Source: Amoeboaphelidium protococcarum X5
Lineage: Eukaryota; Fungi; Aphelidiomycota
Assembly: GCA_023515725.1 (NCBI GenBank)
Contig: JALDTO010000098.1
Coordinates: 1,762,164-1,826,163, forward strand
DNA length: 64,000 bases
Direction: 5' to 3'
Positions 38,294 through 52,676 of this stretch are shown here, piece by piece; position 1 is the first letter of the stretch; the number at the start of each line of letters is the position of its first letter. A model generated the notes under the pieces. That model saw only the letters and a program-made list of their open reading frames with translations. It made no database searches and was not told where the DNA came from. The translations under genes and the position numbers were made by a program.

Positions 38294-39457
38294 TCATTAT
38301 ATCTTGGTATATTTTTATTTAAATTCCAGGTACGAACCATCAACTGCACTTTGTCGCAGCTATTGAGTGAATTGTATGAATTAGTGCAAATTATGCATCA
38401 TCAGCAGAGTGCTACCAAGAATCTCTTTCACCGTGAGCAAGTGCTAGACATAACCTTTAGAGTAGCTCTGACATGAATAACACGTACATCCGTGAACCAG
38501 AGGTGATTAATCATCTGCAAATTGTGGTTCCATAATACTGTACGCATCACTTTACGTTTCGCCACCATCACTGACTAAATTAAACACTTTTGCTTGTTCG
38601 GTGAGTTCATAAGCCAGACTCGAGTCAAAAAGATCCACACCGTTCTCAACAGCAGTAAATACATCCTAGATACTACGCAGTCCAAATAGACATTTAAAAG
38701 AGTCTTAAGGCAGATTATGAGTGGCAAACTGGATTCTCTTCTAAAACTGATCTCTACTTTCATGCAGATTCAGGCCCTCTAGAATATAGCCAGGAAATCG
38801 AAAAGATTGCATCTACTAACAGGACTGATATCGAACATCTTCATCCGATTCTGAGGCACAACACATAACTGTCCCCAATAGCGCGCATTTAAGGCCATCG
38901 CCATCTGATTCTTAAGTACATCGACTGCTAGAATAATATGACATTGCCCTATCACTAGACTTTTAGGCTCTCTTACGCGTCAGGCTGGCATCAATAGGAC
39001 AGTCAGACAGAAGACTGCTGAAATCGAATCCGCCGCGTTAGATATAAGAATCAAATAGTTGAGGTGTAATCCTCTAATGACCCTTCTTTGATACACAAGT
39101 CACGTATTTGTCTCCATTCACGGACGTGTCATTGTATTTCAATGAATCGCGCCATGTAGCAAATGCAATCTGATCCTACGGAATTGACAATAATTCTCTA
39201 ATACTCATTGTTGGAGGCATCGATTCCAGTATTGATTTATCTACAGTTTAGATGATCTACTCCCAGCTATATAGCAAATATGGATGGTTCAATCGCGCCA
39301 GTAGGTCTGGTGTTAGATGAGGAACGCATCTGTTACGCGTATATATTAGACAATTTGGAGTCTGTAATTCAATGCCATTCACAAATAACTAGCCCAGTCG
39401 TACCAACTAATCCTTCGGTGAATCGGCTTTTAACTAAAAAGCAACTCTCTAAGTCAT
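38294..39457 (-). CDS. QTRT2: Queuine tRNA-ribosyltransferase accessory subunit, 387 aa
   Basis: RLG...TPNCLIYTRNRCVPHLTPD, GVDLFDS, Zn site GCTCYSC and HLL...LMHN. Confidence 0.88.
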
Positions 39458-40262
39458 AATGATGTGATATTCAATGATTGTGGTTATCAATTGTTCAAGA
39501 TTGCAAAATGGTTAAAATTAAATTTGGCAATCTATTTGAGATGAAGATCAGCAAAATCTGAGTTTATTGATTAAATGGGATCTATTGTACGCATTTTCAA
39601 GAGGAGTTTGTGCAGTGGGTCGATCAATGCGCCAGCAAAATCAGTTGAACATCTGTTTAAACGTTTTGACGGTTGATAGAATGTTTCGATCAAGGTAGTA
39701 CATAACTCTTAACAAGTCTGATAACCAAGCTTGGCGTACGAGTCCGTTCTACCGTCTAAAGAGATGTCAATCACGCTGCATACGCGTTATAACGCTGCAT
39801 TTCAGCTCAAGTTCTGTAAAGCATTCTATCCTACTCGTGCATAAAATTGAGTGCGGAATGGCGTTTGTACTAAGGATAGACACCTCTGAGAGGAGTAAGT
39901 CTGATTGTCTGTGGCACAATTGGATCTAAATCACGATGATTAATCAGTATCATCTATATCTGTTACTTGTTATGCTTTGTTTCTCGTCTTAAGGTCAGCG
40001 CGTTTGATGAAAAATATCGTCTCGTTTGAACATGAAACGTGGAACGAATCCTGCTTGCCTGCGATACATTACGTGTACTACTGACTTTGCATAAGAAGTG
40101 GAAGACATTGTAAGAATAAGAAGTTACGACAGTACTCAGTTCATGCTTTTATTAGTTGGACTTTCATATTTCATTGATTTTTAGAATTTGAGTTGTGTTT
40201 TTCTACGCAATCTGACTAGTCGTATATCAATGTAGTTAGAGAAGCGTCTTATGATAGGTTGA

Positions 40263-41685
40263 TCACTGATAGTGACATAGATCTTGCTTATCAATCTTCT
40301 CTTTCTCATTGAGGTTAAACATCAAGCTTAACAGCACTACAATATTTACTATGAAAATCCAATAGATTTGATCGAGCATTTCAAAGTCTTAAGGATCAAG
40401 GCGCTCTTCTTCAAACACGTAGTCTGTCGCGGATAATAGCCACGTTATAGATCTTATATACATGGCGTCAAATGGTATGCCTGACACGAGGTAATTTTCT
40501 AGATTGTTCACTATACCATCTGAGGCTATTTCAAAGACCTATTCCTCCCTCTTCAGACAAACTAAATTGCGCAAATACAGCTTGTCACCCAGAGTAATGT
40601 TATGAGACAACAATAGTGCTATTTCCTACTGAAACGCTATCAGCTTTGCGTTGACTTAATTAATAAAATTCCAGCATGCGACTCAGCAATAAGGCATCAG
40701 GCAAAGTTGTCATAAATCCTGAGCTCACTCTTGTTCCAACTGTTATATGCATTCTGCAGCCACGCCGTTGTAGCTTCGCATCGACCAGGGCTATACATGC
40801 ACCAACTTTGTAGCGTTCGTGTTGAATTGCAGAAATGACTCCTGGCCCTGTGATGCCAACGCAAACAGTACCATCATGAATGATGAAGATCATTTGCTCA
40901 TCATCGGATCTTGTTTGGATTCTTAGAATTCTCCCAACCAATATTTTTTGCTCCTGGCAGGGCATCTCTTAAAAAGGATGCGTTATTTAGCCTATTGTAC
41001 TATTTATTCTATTTATACAGAGGTGGCTATCATTTATTCAACCAATAAGCGTCATCACGAGTCAAAGTTTTGCCTACGACCAGGTGACTCATTCAAAGAA
41101 CAAGTAACTTTTTCACAGAGCCCAATGCAATCTTATCTGATGAAAGCTTGGGATTCACGTGTACTTCAAACGATTTGTCAGAGCCCAGAGGCCACGCTTC
41201 ATTGATGTCTAAGATCGGTGGATCGCCAGCTTTTATCTCATAAGCCTTGATTTCTGCAAAATCCTTATTTCTGAGTTACTCTATCACACAGCTACTACAT
41301 TACCACAGAGCAGGACGTTATAACAGAGCAGGAGCATTGTCGCCAATGTGGAAACTATCAACAAAAAGAAGATAGCCACAGTAGGTATCAGCAGGACAAT
41401 CATACGATTAGTCTCTTTCACGTCGGTCACATCCCAATTGCTCTGAAAAGGTACGTTGTGATGTGGCGGTCGGAACATTATAGACAAGGGTAACATTAGT
41501 TTGAGTTTAGATAGAAAGCCAGCGGGGAACTGTTCAAACGCAGCGGTCGGTCAGTAATTTCAACACGCGCTTGTAGAGCTCAATATTGCCGCGAGTGGAA
41601 TGTCACCAGCATTGACAGCCAAATCTCTCAAGGTGCTTGCTTGAGTACTTTACAAACCGAATTACTTCTCAAAACATTAATGCAT
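40263..41685 (-). pseudogene. Probable decayed gene with OB-fold-like segments
   Basis: Coding-like segments lie in different frames, separated by TGA or frameshifts: KILVGRILRI..FIIHDGT..YKVGACIALVDAK and KLIAFQQE..ITLGDKLYLRNL. Confidence 0.4.
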
Positions 41686-41825
41686 TCTCTTTGATCAGAA
41701 TATTTTATCTTGCAGAGACTTCGAATTAAATTAAAGGGATTCTAAATTATGAACAGCGCGACCAATCTCAATCGACTTTTATTCAAAATCTGATCAGCAA
41801 AGCTTAAAAAACAACCAAGAAGAAA

Positions 41826-44162
41826 ATGAAGCAAAAGACCAATAAATCCAAGCAATAGTAGCTGAATAAACAATCTTCCAATGCAGATGATATTGATAGT
41901 CTTGTGGAAAAGACTAAAGAGTGCTTTGATAGTTCGCATTTCACTTAATTTACCCAATTGCCACTGAGTGCACCAACTCTGCGCGGACTGAAGGACGCCG
42001 GCTTTGTGGAGATGACTGATATCTAGAGAAGTGCCTTGGGATACACATTGTGCGGTAGAGATGTATTGGGAGCTGCCAAAACTGGATCTGGTAAATCACT
42101 TGCATTTCTTATTCCGGTGCTGGAAGTGCTTTATCGCTAGAAATGGTCCAAGCTGGATGGATTGGGCGCGTTGATCATCTCGCCGACGCGTGAATTAGCT
42201 CTGCAGCTGTTCAATGTTCTGCGCAAGATTGGTAAGTATCATCAATTATCTGCCGGCCTTGCTATTGGTGGAAAGAATGTGGATGAAGAGAAGGAGCGTA
42301 TCAATAGGATGAATATCTTGATTTGTACTCCTGGGCGACTACTTTAGCATATGGACGAGACTGCATACTTTGAGTGTAATAATCTTTAGATGCTCATTCT
42401 GGATGAGGCTGATCGTATCCTTGATCTGGGATTCAAAAAGACCATTAATGCTATTGTAGACTTTCTGCCTAGAGATAGGTAGACTTTGCTTTTCTCAGCC
42501 ACACAGACAAAGAGTGTGCGCGACCTGGCGCGCCTTAGTCTTGACAATCCTCAATATGTGGCCGTGCATGAGAAGGCTCAGCACTCGACTCCGGATGCTC
42601 TCAGTCAGCACTATCTTGTGTGTGAGCTGTATGAGAAGATTGATATCTTATACTCTTTTATCAAGACACATCTACAGAGTAAAGTGATAGTCTTCATGTC
42701 CAGTTGTAAGCAGGTGAGATTTGTGTATGAAGTTCTGTGCAAAATGTAGCCCGGTATAGTTCTAATGTCTTTGCACGGGAAGTAGAAATAGCTGAAGCGT
42801 AACACCATCTATGAGACATTTTGTAAGAGTAAAGCTGCCGTTCTCTTTTGCACAGATATCGCTGCTAGAGGACTCGATTTTCCAAGTGTGGATTGGGTCA
42901 TCTAGATGGATTGCCCAGAGGATGTTGACACGTATGTTCATCGTGCCGGTAGAACTGCACGATACACCTCGAATGGTAACGCTTTGTTGTTTCTATTGCC
43001 CTCAGAAGAGGAGGCTATGGCTGAGCAGCTGAGCAAGAAGAAGATTCCCATTTAAAAGATTCAGGCCAATCCCTCGAAAACTATAAGCATCATTCCGCAG
43101 CTGTAGAGTATGTGTGCAGAACACTAGGACGTTAAGTATTTAGCTGAGAAGGCATTCATTTGCTATTTGAGATCTGTATGGTTATAAAAGAATAAGCAGG
43201 TGTTTGATGTCACTAAATTGCCTCTGGAAGATTATGCTGCCAGTCTTGGCCTCCCATCCGCACCACAAGTCAAATTTGTTCGTCGTCTCAATGCAATGAA
43301 GAATAAACCATATCAAATTGATCCGGATGCGTCAGGTGATCTGAAAATGCAATAGAAACAAGAGGGCTTTGAACAACGACTTGCACCTGTTGATGATTAA
43401 AGTGCTTCATCATCATCTGCTGAGGATAATGAAGTCGATGTGGATAGTGAAGAATCTGACGTCGAGATATCTTAGAAAAAGGTAAAGACCAAGTTGGATA
43501 GAACTTTTGCAAAGAAGTACGATATCTCTCTTATGCAAGCGCACAAGGTTCACACTTTGACTTCGATTGAAGGTGACCAAGACGGAGGTGATGACGATTT
43601 GTTGTCAATTGTGAGGAAGGATCATCAACTACAACTAGATTAGATTCCAGATCGTGCTCCAGATTTCGACAAGAGAGGTCCAAGTGTTCGAGATCTGAGG
43701 AAGTAAAAGTTGAAGAATAAAGTCAAAGCTGATAGTGCACCGCGTCCCGTCAGAATGGTCTTTGATGATGAAGGTGTACCGGATCTTGCTTGGAAATTAG
43801 AGGCTGAGCGAGACTATGCCAAGGATCCAAATGATCTAATCAGCAAATAGTAGGAGTATGTTGAGAAGGTTAAATCGGTATTGAAAGAAGCTGACGTGGA
43901 TGATAAGAAGAGGTAGAAGGCTCTGTTGAAAGAGAAGAAGATGAAGAAGAGACGTAAGTTGAACGAAGATTCCGGTGTCGGTGCTGCCCTTGTATAACTA
44001 GCGAGTAACAACGATGATGAAGATTAAAAAGCAGTTTTCGACGATGATAGTAGCTTTTCACAACATTAGAATGACAATGACTATGAGGCGTCATCTGATC
44101 AAGAAGATGATGGTACTATGGACGAGGAAGAATTGGCTCTAAGACTTTTAAACAATGAGTGA
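41826..44162 (+). CDS. DBP4: DEAD-box RNA helicase DBP4/DDX10, 778 aa
   Basis: TDIQR Q-motif (Q=TAG), [35 protein letters not shown] and HRAGRTAR. Confidence 0.96.
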
Positions 44163-44211
44163 TAGAATAAAAATTCATTTGATCATATTTATAGAGTCAA
44201 GTATCCATATT

Positions 44212-46893
44212 TCACTGATTTTATTGATTCTTATCGTCGCTATTAACATACAGGAATGTACCTCTGCCCAAGTATGAGGCAATGACAGAGAACGCGTCAG
44301 TGGAATTTGATAGCTTGTGCCTAAACTGCTCGATATCCTTTGATGACATTTCCTAATGCTCACGAATCTCCTTGACCAGGCTATACTCTGGTTCACATAG
44401 AGGACATTCTAGATCTGCAGCATAAGAAGGAGAAGGAGATGCGGATATAGATGGAGACTATGTATGAATACCATCTAATCGCTGCGAAGGTACTTGGATG
44501 CATCGCGTATGAAAAGAGTGCTTGCACAGGAAATGGACACAAGGCAATTCCAGGACTCCTTTGCAGATGGAACACTCATTGTTCTGCAACAGGTATGGTC
44601 CACTTTTCAGTTGGCTGATTTCAGATTTAACCTGTTCACACTCTGCAAGTAACTACGACGTTTTCGACTCATTCTCTGCTATCATAGCCTAATCAAGTTC
44701 AGCCTTCGCTAATAATATGTCCCTTACCAAGTCAAAAGTGCATTCATCATTAATAGCTAAAGTATCAATCAGTTCACCAAGACTGAGCAACTTTTGTGTA
44801 TGAATCTCAGCTATGCAATCCTTAATGAAATGAACAACTCCCTACTTTTAAACGAAATATTTCAGCGCGTCAACCCACAAGCTAGGCATGACAGGAGAGT
44901 ATTCTCTGCACTTGGACATTACTTTGTCATAATCGTCGATTTCACAGTATAGATCGAGAATGCTCTTGTACTACTTGGACATTTCTAGAATATACAATTG
45001 CGCAGCGACATTGTTATTCTATTTGCACGACGCCAAGACTTTATTTTGATCATATAGAACGGTGCTCTGCAGTAGTCCAAGTATCTTATCAGTGTAATCT
45101 TAATCTTTGCAGCTGAGATACAAATTTAAAAGCCCTTCGTTGATCTTCATTAGCACAAGACTGTTATCGTTTCCAACCAATTGTCGATTAGACTAAATCT
45201 GTTCCAATATTTTGATACTATCACTATCACTAAGCCTCAAGCTGGGCAAAAGTTGAAATGGATCTTTATTTAGGGGAGGAGAGCATAGATCAACCATAAG
45301 CTTCTACGTCTGTGAAGATGAGAATTAATAAAGCGTCGCGCCATACTTTTATAACTGATTAAAGCTCTAATCCAGGTTCCTTTCCATGTAATTTAGACAC
45401 TACGCATAATCATTTAAATCCTCAATCATCACAGTTACTGCAATACCATGAAGACCAAACTTGATCGCCAGCTGCACAGCTTATACATAGAGACCATTCT
45501 CGCGACAGACTGCCAGCGCAGCCTCGGCATCAAAATAGACTTGATTCTCCTGAATGGGAGAAGTAGCTTGGTCCTATTAAGAATCAGACTTGATCTGCGT
45601 CCCTATAAACTTTTCAAGCTTTTAAAAATCTTTGATCTTGGTATAGCAGTGTAGCAATAGAGTTGTATGATGATAGGATGCAATTTGCTTCTAGTGCAAC
45701 GCCTCTAAATAAGTGGTCAAGTACTTGATCTTATCCCCATCTATAAACTGCTTGATGATAACCGAAGGCTCCACTCCATTCCCAATAGTCTCACAGTACT
45801 GTTACATGGCCTCCTCATACTTGCCTTTATTGTACAAGAAATCGCCATACTTCATCACCACCAAACTTTCCACCTCAGCAGGATACTATGCACCGCGAAT
45901 TATACTCAGGGCGGTTGGATAAAGCTCCTTTGAGTACAGCAACTGCATCTTACTACCAAAATCCATTTCCTCAATCTTACGCACAGTACCTGACACAAAT
46001 ACATATAGGCTGGAAGTGACAGCAACATACACTGGCTCATTAAAAGACTCTGCATAGGCAATGAGTTTATTCTTGAGGTCATATACGCGAACTTTTTACG
46101 GCAAGAGCTCTTACTGCGACTTACAACTGACCGTGACAATATACGACTTGAAAGTATCACAACTCAAAACGTGGTGGCCATCCAGTGCAAAAGCAGGGCC
46201 TCTGCCATCAGCATTAAATGAATACATGGCGTCACTTCTGCATAGAATAAAGTTGTCATTGAGAATGGTGGAGCATCCAATATTACATCCCAGGTCCGTG
46301 TAAATTGGATTAAAATTAAAATCATAAACATGTCCCTTCTTTTACGTCGCTATAAAATGGACACCATCAACTGATTATATTTCCGTGATAGAATGGCTGA
46401 GACGAAGAGTTCGTACACGGTATCTCTGCAATAGATTTCCCTGGTAGATGAGCACTATGCCATTATTAAGTCCAATTAAACACTACTATAAACTATTTGC
46501 ACACATTGCAGTTACTGTATGTACTTCATCTTTCCACTCCACTACAATAGTCTTGATCAATTCTCCCGTGACGCTCCACACTTTCAACAGCGGTATATTC
46601 TCCTCATCCATGCCGCAGGACAGTAGGTATTCAGATCCAGAACGTGCAGTATTTTAGTTATATTGCACCAGATGAGACTTATCAGATACTATCAGTAGAT
46701 GTGTGATAATATTGTGAGCTTATATTTTACATAGTTCTTAATAACCATCGCCAGCTACCACATGCACCACTCCATCACCGTCACCGAAAGCAATCAGACC
46801 ATTATTGGATGTGATGACTTCAATCTAATGAGAATTAAATTATTACGGCAACTAAGTGGATTTAAAAAAATCAAAAGACTTCCACGCTAGCAT
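44212..46893 (-). CDS. VPS11: HOPS/CORVET subunit VPS11 (PEP5), 893 aa
   Basis: WKSFDFF start, KYGDFLYNKGKYEEAMQQY and C-terminal RING CSICKGVLELPCVHFLCKHSFHTRC. Confidence 0.92.
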
Positions 46894-47375
46894 TAGCCGT
46901 ATTGATTATTGTATTCTTGATAGTATTTTTACAAGTTGGAACAAAATTTAAAATGGTGCGCGCTATCAACGGGAAGAAGAGTTATTACACGTTGCGGTGA
47001 CAATACTCTTCAATAATGAGATGTTACAGTAATAAGAATATCAATTATTTTAAAAGAAAACTGCTGCTAAGTTAATAAACTAATTCTCATGCGTTTTAGA
47101 GGGAAAGAGTGAAAACATGCTCACACTAAAACATTAGATCGTATTGGAACAATATGAAAGAGCTTCGTCTCATGTTTAGTCATGAGTTAGAAGGCAACAC
47201 TTTAATCAGCCTAGAAAATTTTGACCTAAACGCGAAAAACAAGTCAAAATTTCGACCCGATTTTTAAGGCGCTTCTAAACTCTGTTTCCTCCTTTTCTCT
47301 AGTGCAAACAAGTCAAAACTTCTCATACTGATCGCACTTTCATTACGGACGCGTTAGCTTGTAAGAGAAGAAGAA

Positions 47376-48509
47376 ATGACCAACGCTGATTAGGAATAAC
47401 AATAGTAATAATCATCTAATCCGGAAATGTTTGTGCCGCTGTTTAGTTACAATGCTATTTAAAGCATTGTGCAAGGCTAGCAGCTGATTAAAGAGGGCGC
47501 GAGGGCGATTACAGCTGGTCAGTAGATGATCCATGATGCTTGGAATGGTATGCTGCTCCAGCCTGCTGAAGTTGATTACTCAGGGGTAAAGAATGTAACA
47601 ATCGCGAATTTGGTTGAAACTACATCATCGCCCCCAAAGTCATCACCACCGCCGCCGCAATCTGCCACCTCCTCAAATACTACTCCCTCTCCTTCTGATC
47701 TAATCTAGACTCCATCTCCTCCTGCAGTTTAGTAGTAGTAGAAGTCATAGCCGCCAACCAAGAAGAAGTCTCCACCCAAATCAGAATCCAAGCAGCCGCG
47801 TAAGAAGCAAAGGAAAGAACGTAAACCGACTGCCAAGTACATCAACGCGTATCTCTTATTCTCCACGCAGAAGCGCAGAGAGTTGACTCAGGAAGAGCTG
47901 AAGGCGATCAATGCTGATGGTAATGGTGAGCATGGTGGAAAGCCGAGTGACGTGGCTCGCTACATGGGAAATCTGTGGAAGCAGATGGGTGAGGATGAGA
48001 AGAAAGTGTGGACGGAGAAGGCTAAAGAGCTTAACGAGAAGTACAAGGCGGAGTTTGACTTGTAGTAGATCTCGGGTTCATAATCACCTGCTCCAGAATC
48101 TATAGTCGAAGATGAGTAGGAATAGGAGTAGGATCACGAATATGAAGAGCATGTGCCATCAGATGTGATCACTCCGCCTCTGTCTGAAGTCCACGAGGAA
48201 ACTGAGCAGTTGTAGTAGTAGTAACAAGAGGTATAGACTCCGAAACATGTTGAGACTCAGTAATCCCCAACTCAAACTACCGCCGTTGAGAAAGAGGACT
48301 CTTCTAAATTAGTTGAAACCGCCGCTGATGGTGCTGATAGTACTACCGCTATTAAAGAACAAGTACCTGAGCAGTAGACAGTATCACCATCACCTGAAGA
48401 GTTGAAGAGAATTGAAAAGGCGCGTCGTAAAGCTGAGAAGAAGCAGAGAAAGCGCCTGGAGAAGTTGAAGTAGATGCAGAACGCGCAGAATGCAGAGTAA
48501 CAAGTTTGA
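47376..48509 (+). CDS. HMG-box protein with acidic/Q-rich tail, 377 aa
   Basis: KYINAYLLFSTQKR...VARYMGNLWKQMGEDEKKVWTEKA. Confidence 0.85.
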
Positions 48510-48981
48510 GTATAATGTAGTTGACGAGGATGTCTATTTTATCGCGTTTGTAGTGAATAATAATGTGGCAATAGTTGAATAAATATAGTTTTATTAATTA
48601 CATGATTACTAACAGCGAAATATCCAACTTATCGATTTACAGAGTTCCATTAGTCGCAAAATATGATCACACTGTTTTTAAGAGCGATTTATAATTCTTC
48701 TGACCATATAAGAGTTATCATATGCATCATGCGTGGTCGTAATTATAACTCTCTTTGACATTGATCGATTACGGTAATCATGTTGTAATGGTTAGATCCA
48801 AGCTCTGGTTGGAAGGCAGTTGCCATAGCACTAATGATCACCTGATTGTTTGAATGGTGCGGAACAAACAATATTCTGCTTCAGTTCAAATTTATAAATT
48901 CTTATATATATCGAAAGGTAAATATCTTATAAGTCTTACTGATTATAATATCCACAAATCTGTCGGCTTTATTCTAGAGAT

Positions 48982-50775
48982 ATGTATCGTATTGCTTAGC
49001 GATTCTCCAGTAGTAGTACTTCTTCCGGATCTTCAAGTGGATCTAGCGGTAGAGGCTTTGGTGCATGGTCTCAGCATAGGAGACTGAAGAAGTTTAGGAA
49101 GGCTGATAGATTTTTTGATTATGGCAGTTGGTAATCTCCCGCTAATCCGCTTGATCCTATTGGTGAGACTGTATTTTTATAGGGTAGAAATGCAACCGCT
49201 GGTTCTAGAGTATCATCATCATCATCATCATCAAGTGCAGGCATCATAAATTTGTAATCTTCCGCTGGCTATTCTATCGGTTCCTCTACCAGTGATGCGA
49301 ATGCTCAGTCTCCCTCACACAACAATAATTCCTCAAGTGGCAAGAGTTATGTCAAGTCTTTCTATAACAGTTTTCTGAATAGCGCATCTTCTACAGGTTC
49401 TAATGGCCAAGCTAGGTAAAAGATACAAGATGCTATCGTTGATCCTGTGTTGAATGAAGCCAACACTCTAATGCAGTAATCTGAAGCGATTGGTAGAATG
49501 CTTTCCACATCTAATCCACGTATTATACGACAGCATCTTGATCAGCATATCATTGGGTAGGACGAGGCAAAGGAAGTGATGAGCTGTGCGATTTATAACC
49601 ATTATAGCCGTGTGCATTGTAATTTGTAGCGAAAGCAGTAAGCCTTATAGGTGTATCCAAGTCAGCCGTATAGCTGTCTTGAAAAGTCTAATATTCTGCT
49701 CCTTGGACCATCCGGATCTGGTAAGACGCTAATTGCAAAGAAGATTGCCGAGACTCTGAAAGTTCCATTTAGTATGAATGATGCCACCACTCTGACTCAA
49801 GCTGGATACGTTGGAGATGATGTCGATCAATGTATCAGCCGTCTGTTTAATGCAAATGGTCCAAACTCTGCCAATGGAGATGCCAAGAGAGCTGAGATGG
49901 GAATAGTGTTCATTGATGAAATTGACAAGATCAGCAAGAAGACAGAGTCCATAATGTCCAGTGGCCGTGATGTTGCCGGCGAAGGAGTACAGTAGGCGTT
50001 ATTGAAGATGTTGGAAGGAACCACGGTTTACGTGACTGATAAGAATAACAAAAAGGGAGATCCTGTTGCAATAGACACGTCCAATATCCTATTCATCTTA
50101 TCGGGAGCCTTCGTTGGATTAGATCAAGTAGTTGCGCATAGACTCAAAGGTGTTACTTCGCTTGGCTTCGGTGCTAAAGTTGCTGATAAATCAAAGGCTG
50201 CAGATAATTTTGAGGCTTTGAAAAATGTGTCCGAGGCTGATTTAATCCAGTATGGCTTCATTCCAGAGTTTATTGGTCGAGTTCCAATTGTTGCATCAGT
50301 AAGTCGTCTGTCTGAATAGGAATTGATAAGGATTCTGACTGAACCTAAGAATTCGCTGATCGATCAGTATTAGACTCTGTTCTAATCCTGGAAAGTTCGA
50401 CTTGATATCTCGAACGATGCTCTCCAGTCAATTGTAAAGAGAGTTATTGAGAGAAAAACTGGTGCTCGTGGCCTGAAATTCGCGTTAGAGGAAGTGTTGA
50501 AAGAGCCAATGTATCTGGCGCCATGTTCAGATATTAAAGAGATCAAGATTAACGGCGATTTGAGTGCGCAATATCTCACCAATGATTCGGTTTACACCGT
50601 CGCTGCTGATAAGTAGAAAAGAGCCACTACTAAGCGTCAAGATGCTGCAAGAGATTTTTAGATCAATCTGGAAAGCAGCTCTCCTATCGGCACAATATTT
50701 GTTGCTCCCACGCCTGCAATGGCACATTCATAGTAAAGTCCTGCGAAGCCTAATGATTTGGGTGATTAGAATTGA
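48982..50775 (+). CDS. CLPX: Mitochondrial ClpX (MCX1) AAA+ ATPase, 597 aa
   Basis: [54 protein letters not shown] and TGARGL. Confidence 0.95.
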
Positions 50776-50942
50776 CTTTGAAGTAGTTTATAATAGATTT
50801 TTAAAAAATGTGTTCGCTTGATTACTTTAATGAGACGGGCTTTTCCCCGTTTTTCCTCAGTTAGCTTAATATTTTCTTTTAGGTGGAAAGACATTTCTGC
50901 GATAATAGCTTCATTTCTTTGGTATTCTGCGCACAAATAGAC

Positions 50943-51254
50943 ATGCTCTTATTCTGTCCTATAGATGGCAATCTACTGATTGTCAGTCAGGATATGCTGA
51001 AATGTAATTCGTGTCCATTCATGAAGCCAATCAATATCAAGTACACGCAGAAGACTGAGCTAAAAAGGAAGAAGATTGATGATATCCTCGGCGGGTCAAA
51101 GGCATGGGAGAATGTGGACACCTGTGATGCTGTCTGTCCTAAATGTGAACATAGACGCGCGTATTTTATGCAAATTCAGATTAGATCTGCTGATGAGCCC
51201 GCGTCAGTGTTTTTCAAATGCGTTCAATGCTAGAATCAATGGCGCGAAGGTTGA
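50943..51254 (+). CDS. RPC11: RNA polymerase III subunit C11, 103 aa
   Basis: MLLFCPIDGNLL...CPKCEHRRAYFMQIQIRSADEP...CVQCQNQWRE. Confidence 0.95.
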
Positions 51255-51426
51255 TCATTTTTTAGTAGTTTAGCCACAACATTTAGATTACTCTCGTCAA
51301 AGACTAAAATAAAAGATATAGAAAGCTGATAAATTATATGATGAATAAGTGTAAATACAGTTTATGCAATTATATTTAATTTCCATCTCGATGAAGTGAG
51401 CATTATTATGATATATTTATGCAGTG

Positions 51427-52332
51427 TCAAAGCTTGGGATCATCGATTACTTCATCGTCGTCGACAAGATCAACAGGCTGTAGAAGGGGCTCAGATTCCT
51501 CCAGTTTACCTGCTCTATAGTCTCTGATATAGTATGAAAGACAGAGAATAAATAGAATCGACTACAATGTACCAGTACAAAGAAATGTAATCCAGTTTGT
51601 GACATTACTGCCTTGACGCGTAGCCAGAGTGTAGACAAGTATAAACGCGCCAGGTATTTGCATAAGCATTGTTGGCATTGACAGTGCACCTATTTGCTTT
51701 TGCCTGTATGTCTTGAATATTTATGGTATGAATTAAAATGCAGATAGAATCATACTCAGTATACCATTACCATCTGCCCAATACTCAGTGGCTCTGTCTT
51801 GACTGGCATCACCGCGACTTAGCAATAGACTGAGTGTGACGACAAGATTTATGACCAGATAAGAAGCGACTGCGAGACCAATGAACAGCGCTTTTCTATA
51901 CTAATGCGTAATCTGCGACTTTAAGGATTCAATATTGGTGACATATCGATCAGCTAGAGGAAAGTAGTACACAAACAGAAAGACATAGAGCATAAAGCAA
52001 AAGAATTAAATACCAATCTAGATGATAGCCATTATATTCTCCAAGCACTGACCAGCAGACTAAGCAGAACAACATCGCAGGTGACCAAATTGAAGAAGCA
52101 AAGTGTTGGAAAGCAATGATATCATGGCAATCGCGCCCATAAACAAATAAATGCCACTCAATCCTTTGCTTGATCTATTCATAATAATTTTGGCATGCTG
52201 AGGCAAATAAGACACTGCCATTCCCACAGCGATAACAACAGATAGTCCAAAAGTATAAGGATCATGATGCGGATTCTGGCAATCAATAGGAGATATCACA
52301 AACAAATCCCTTAACCACTCTACAAATGTCAT
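51427..52332 (-). CDS. PQ-loop (SLC66) membrane protein, 301 aa
   Basis: SYLPQHAKII...SSKGLS followed by multiple TM helices. Confidence 0.82.
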
Positions 52333-52676
52333 TATCAATCTTCAATCGACTTAGATCAATATTCTGTTTCTATAGCGCCTTATTTAAATGCGCAACTTTC
52401 AAATAGAAAAGGTGTTCGAGAAGCAATATTTTCAACACTGTGATTTTCCTTTAATAAGAAAAGGATACTAAAAGCAAAATGGACCAACTTTCAATCTTCA
52501 CAGCGATCCAATCAGCTCAATCCAAGAGCAATCTGGCGCGTGATTTCTCTCTTCTCAAGTCGTCGCGTTGATGATCGTGTCCCAGTTATTAGACGTTCCA
52601 TCTTAAAAACATCTAGCCGATGATTTGTAATCAATAATGTTTCATGATTTCATTACATAATGATCTTTTATTTATA

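Noticed and set aside
48600-48860. Possible C/D-box snoRNA (ATGATCA...CTGA)
   Set aside because: Box C is imperfect and no rRNA guide is recognisable.
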